Source of the DNA: Candidatus Heimdallarchaeum endolithica
GTDB taxonomy: Archaea; Asgardarchaeota; Heimdallarchaeia; Heimdallarchaeales; Heimdallarchaeaceae
Direction: 5' to 3'
Length of the DNA stretch: 64,000 bases
Assembly (NCBI GenBank): GCA_021513715.1
Contig: CP084167.1
Span: 864,001 to 928,000 of the forward strand
Shown: in pieces, positions 61,889-64,000 of the stretch
How the letters are laid out: each line of letters starts with the position of its first letter
Position numbering within the stretch: the stretch's first letter is position 1
The notes under the pieces: generated by a model
What the model was told of the DNA's origin: nothing
What the model saw: the letters and a program-made list of their open reading frames with translations, nothing else
Databases searched by the model: none
Program-made: the position numbers and the translations under genes

Positions 61889-62046
61889 ATTATAGTATAT
61901 GGTTCCCACCCCATATAAGTGGTTCTATCTCGCTCTCATCCCACGACTAAAGCCGTGGGGTTTCCCGCTCTCGTCTCTAAATTCCACGATTATTTTAGTC
62001 AACTCTTCAATATTTGTCAATTTAATCAAAATAAAAAAGAGAAGGG

Positions 62047-63129
62047 TTAGATAATTTTTTCTATCCAACCATATTTATCTGGTTTTTCTCCTGTTTGTAT
62101 TCCTATTAACTCGTCATAAAGGTGTTGAGTGATTTTACCTATCTCAAAGTTGTTTATTTGATAAGTTTTACCTTTGTAGAACAATTCACCTACAGGAGAG
62201 ATCGAAGCCGCTGTCCCCATACCAAAAGCTTCAGTACATTCTCCATTTTCTATTTGTTCTAGAAGTTTCCTTAACTCTATTTTTGTTTCTTTAATTTTGT
62301 ATCCAAGATCTTTAGCTAGTTGTATTACTGATTTTCTTGTTATTCCATGTAAAATAGTTCCATCAAGTTCAGGAGTAAGAATTTCTTCGTTTACAACAAA
62401 GGCAATATTATTTGTTCCTACCTCTTCTACATACTTTCTTTCAATAGAATCGAGCCATAATACTTGGCTATAACCTTGTTTCTTGGCTATCTCTGTCTCA
62501 GATAGTGTTCCAGCATAATTTCCTCCTGTTTTTGCTTCTCCTGTTCCTCCTGGAGCTGCACGAATGTGTTGGCTAGCAACATAAATTTTCGTTGGATTAA
62601 ATCCTGCCTTAAAGTATGGACCAACTGGAGATAGAATAATGTAGAAATAAAATTCGGCACTACTATGTAATCCTATTGCTGGCTCTGTTGCGATCATAGT
62701 AGGACGGATATAAAGCGACGTTCCTTTTTCTTTTGGAACCCACTCCTTGTCTAATATTATTAATTCCTTAATTGCTTTAACGAATAATTCTTCATCAACA
62801 GTAGGCATACACATTCTTTCAGCAGAACGATTGAACCTTTTAGCGTTCTCATATGGACGAAAGAGGTTTATACTTCCATTTTGAGAATAGAACGCTTTCA
62901 TTCCTTCAAAAATTTCCTGACCATAATGAAATACTGCACATGCAGGATCAAGAGTAAACGGTTGATAAGGTATAATTTGAGGTTGACCCCATTCTCCATC
63001 TTGATATTTCATTAAAAACATGTGGTCAGTGAAAAATCTACCAAAAGGTAAATGATGCATATCTTTTGGCTTTTCTTTTAATTGTTCTGGGGTGCATTTA
63101 TTGATGATTATATCCATTGTGAGCCACAA
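62047..63129 (-). CDS. ilvE: Branched-chain amino acid aminotransferase
   Basis: FTDHM, HYGQEIFEGMKA, LYIRP, AKTGGNY, EEVGT, GITR and GTAA motifs. Confidence 0.95.
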   Translation of the reverse strand: MWLTMDIIINKCTPEQLKEKPKDMHHLPFGRFFTDHMFLMKYQDGEWGQPQIIPYQPFTLDPACAVFHYGQEIFEGMKAFYSQNGSINLFRPYENAKRFNRSAERMCMPTVDEELFVKAIKELIILDKEWVPKEKGTSLYIRPTMIATEPAIGLHSSAEFYFYIILSPVGPYFKAGFNPTKIYVASQHIRAAPGGTGEAKTGGNYAGTLSETEIAKKQGYSQVLWLDSIERKYVEEVGTNNIAFVVNEEILTPELDGTILHGITRKSVIQLAKDLGYKIKETKIELRKLLEQIENGECTEAFGMGTAASISPVGELFYKGKTYQINNFEIGKITQHLYDELIGIQTGEKPDKYGWIEKII

Positions 63130-63224
63130 TAGAAGTAATTACTTAAAAGTCTTTATGTTAGAAAAAGAATTTAATATAAACAATTAAAGGTTTAACAAAC
63201 AAAAAATAGAGAAAAAATAAAAAA

Positions 63225-64000
63225 TTAGGAAATTGAAGATTCCCTAACTATGCATATAATAGGAGAATTAATTATAGAATATTCTTCTAGCGAAGAATTT
63301 TGGACATTTGCAAAAACAAAAGATAAACTTGTTCCAACAGAGAACGAGGAATTAACTTTTCCAACTATTGAGAAGATACCTGTAGAATTTATTACTACTC
63401 TTGAATAGTTTTCTTCAGTCTGGGTAATCGAAATCTGTGAATTTAGTTCAGTTGAATTTACAGAATAAATGTAGCTGAATGAATCGAAATAGCCATTATT
63501 GTTTGAGTCATATATCAGACTATTAAAGATGATAATGTTAATATCAAATTCTTCAGGAATATTTGTATAGGAGGAGCTTATGTTCATTACACAAGAAAAA
63601 GTACCATTAGTGAAAATATCCATTTGTTCAACAGTAATGGTCGAATTAGCTTCCCAATGGGGATAGAATATTTTTCCCCCATCAAATAAATTGTTGCTAC
63701 TGATTGATGAAAGAAAGGAAATAAGTGGAAAAGGAATACAAATTAGTAATATAAGTAGAGATGTAAAAAAAACTTTTTTAGCAGATGGAGAGAGTTTAAA
63801 ACTTTTTTTGGTTATTTGTTCAGTAATTTTTTTGATCAGTAGAAAACTTTTTGCCTTTTTATTTTTCCAATATTTAAGTACTTCAAATAGAATAAGAGGA
63901 AGATAGAATAAAAGAAATATGACAAAAAGAGCTTTTTCAAGAGTGAAAGGAATATAATCTGTTGAAGGTATTGAAATACCAAAAAGTATGATTGTAGTTT
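63225..64000 (-). CDS. Membrane-anchored protein, 3' part (frame stays open to the window end)
   Basis: No stop in frame from 63623 to 64000; adds TM segments (ALFVIFLLFYLPLILF, VFFTSLLILLICIPFPLI) ahead of an Asn/Ser-rich domain. Confidence 0.7.
   Translation of the reverse strand, partial: TTIILFGISIPSTDYIPFTLEKALFVIFLLFYLPLILFEVLKYWKNKKAKSFLLIKKITEQITKKSFKLSPSAKKVFFTSLLILLICIPFPLISFLSSISSNNLFDGGKIFYPHWEANSTITVEQMDIFTNGTFSCVMNISSSYTNIPEEFDINIIIFNSLIYDSNNNGYFDSFSYIYSVNSTELNSQISITQTEENYSRVVINSTGIFSIVGKVNSSFSVGTSLSFVFANVQNSSLEEYSIINSPIICIVRESSIS

Larger units (their letters stand above)
59870..61976 (-). mobile_element. IS200/IS605-family element (tnpA plus tnpB), 2107 bp including a nested insert
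   Basis: Left-end hairpin CCCACGGCTTTAGTCGTGGG (61940-61959); right-end hairpin 59879-59899 ending ...GTCAC; inserted 3' of TTTAG; higher GC than host. Confidence 0.9.
59599..62020 (-). pseudogene. MazG-like nucleotide pyrophosphohydrolase interrupted by an IS200/IS605 element (join 62020-61977 and 59869-59599)
   Basis: Removing 59870-61976 restores a 104-aa ORF MTNIEELTKIIVEFRDERDWKKYHTPKNL..SISIELAEL.ELFQW...DELADV. Confidence 0.9.

Overview
AT-rich (roughly 30% GC by eye), gene-dense archaeal chromosome segment. It encodes several eukaryotic-signature proteins (two Rab-like GTPases, an Arf-like GTPase fused to a longin/roadblock-like domain, longin/DENN-like proteins), which points to an Asgard archaeon, probably Heimdallarchaeia (inference). 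Most genes are for amino-acid, peptide and nucleotide metabolism, redox or transport: guaB, lat, formiminotransferase/cyclodeaminase, pepD, pepF, ilvE, acetate-CoA ligase, a ferredoxin-fused reductive dehalogenase-like protein and two steroid 5-alpha-reductase homologues. Mobile DNA comprises two near-identical 1002-bp IS5 (ISH1-like) elements and a three-layer nested insertion at 59.6-62.0 kb. There, a MazG-like gene is split by an IS200/IS605 element whose TnpB has a rearranged (Fanzor-like) RuvC site. That element's tnpA is in turn split by a 376-bp ORF-less, highly structured element without terminal inverted repeats, a candidate bridge-RNA-only mini-element. Other highlights are a DpdA DNA-deazaguanine transglycosylase with a nearby DUF6884-like partner, a divergent RtcB-like gene between two phosphoesterases, an orphan parB with a palindromic leader, a perfect in-frame 27-bp tandem repeat, and a surface-protein gene split at a canonical -1 slippery heptamer. 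No rRNA, tRNA or CRISPR array was recognised.
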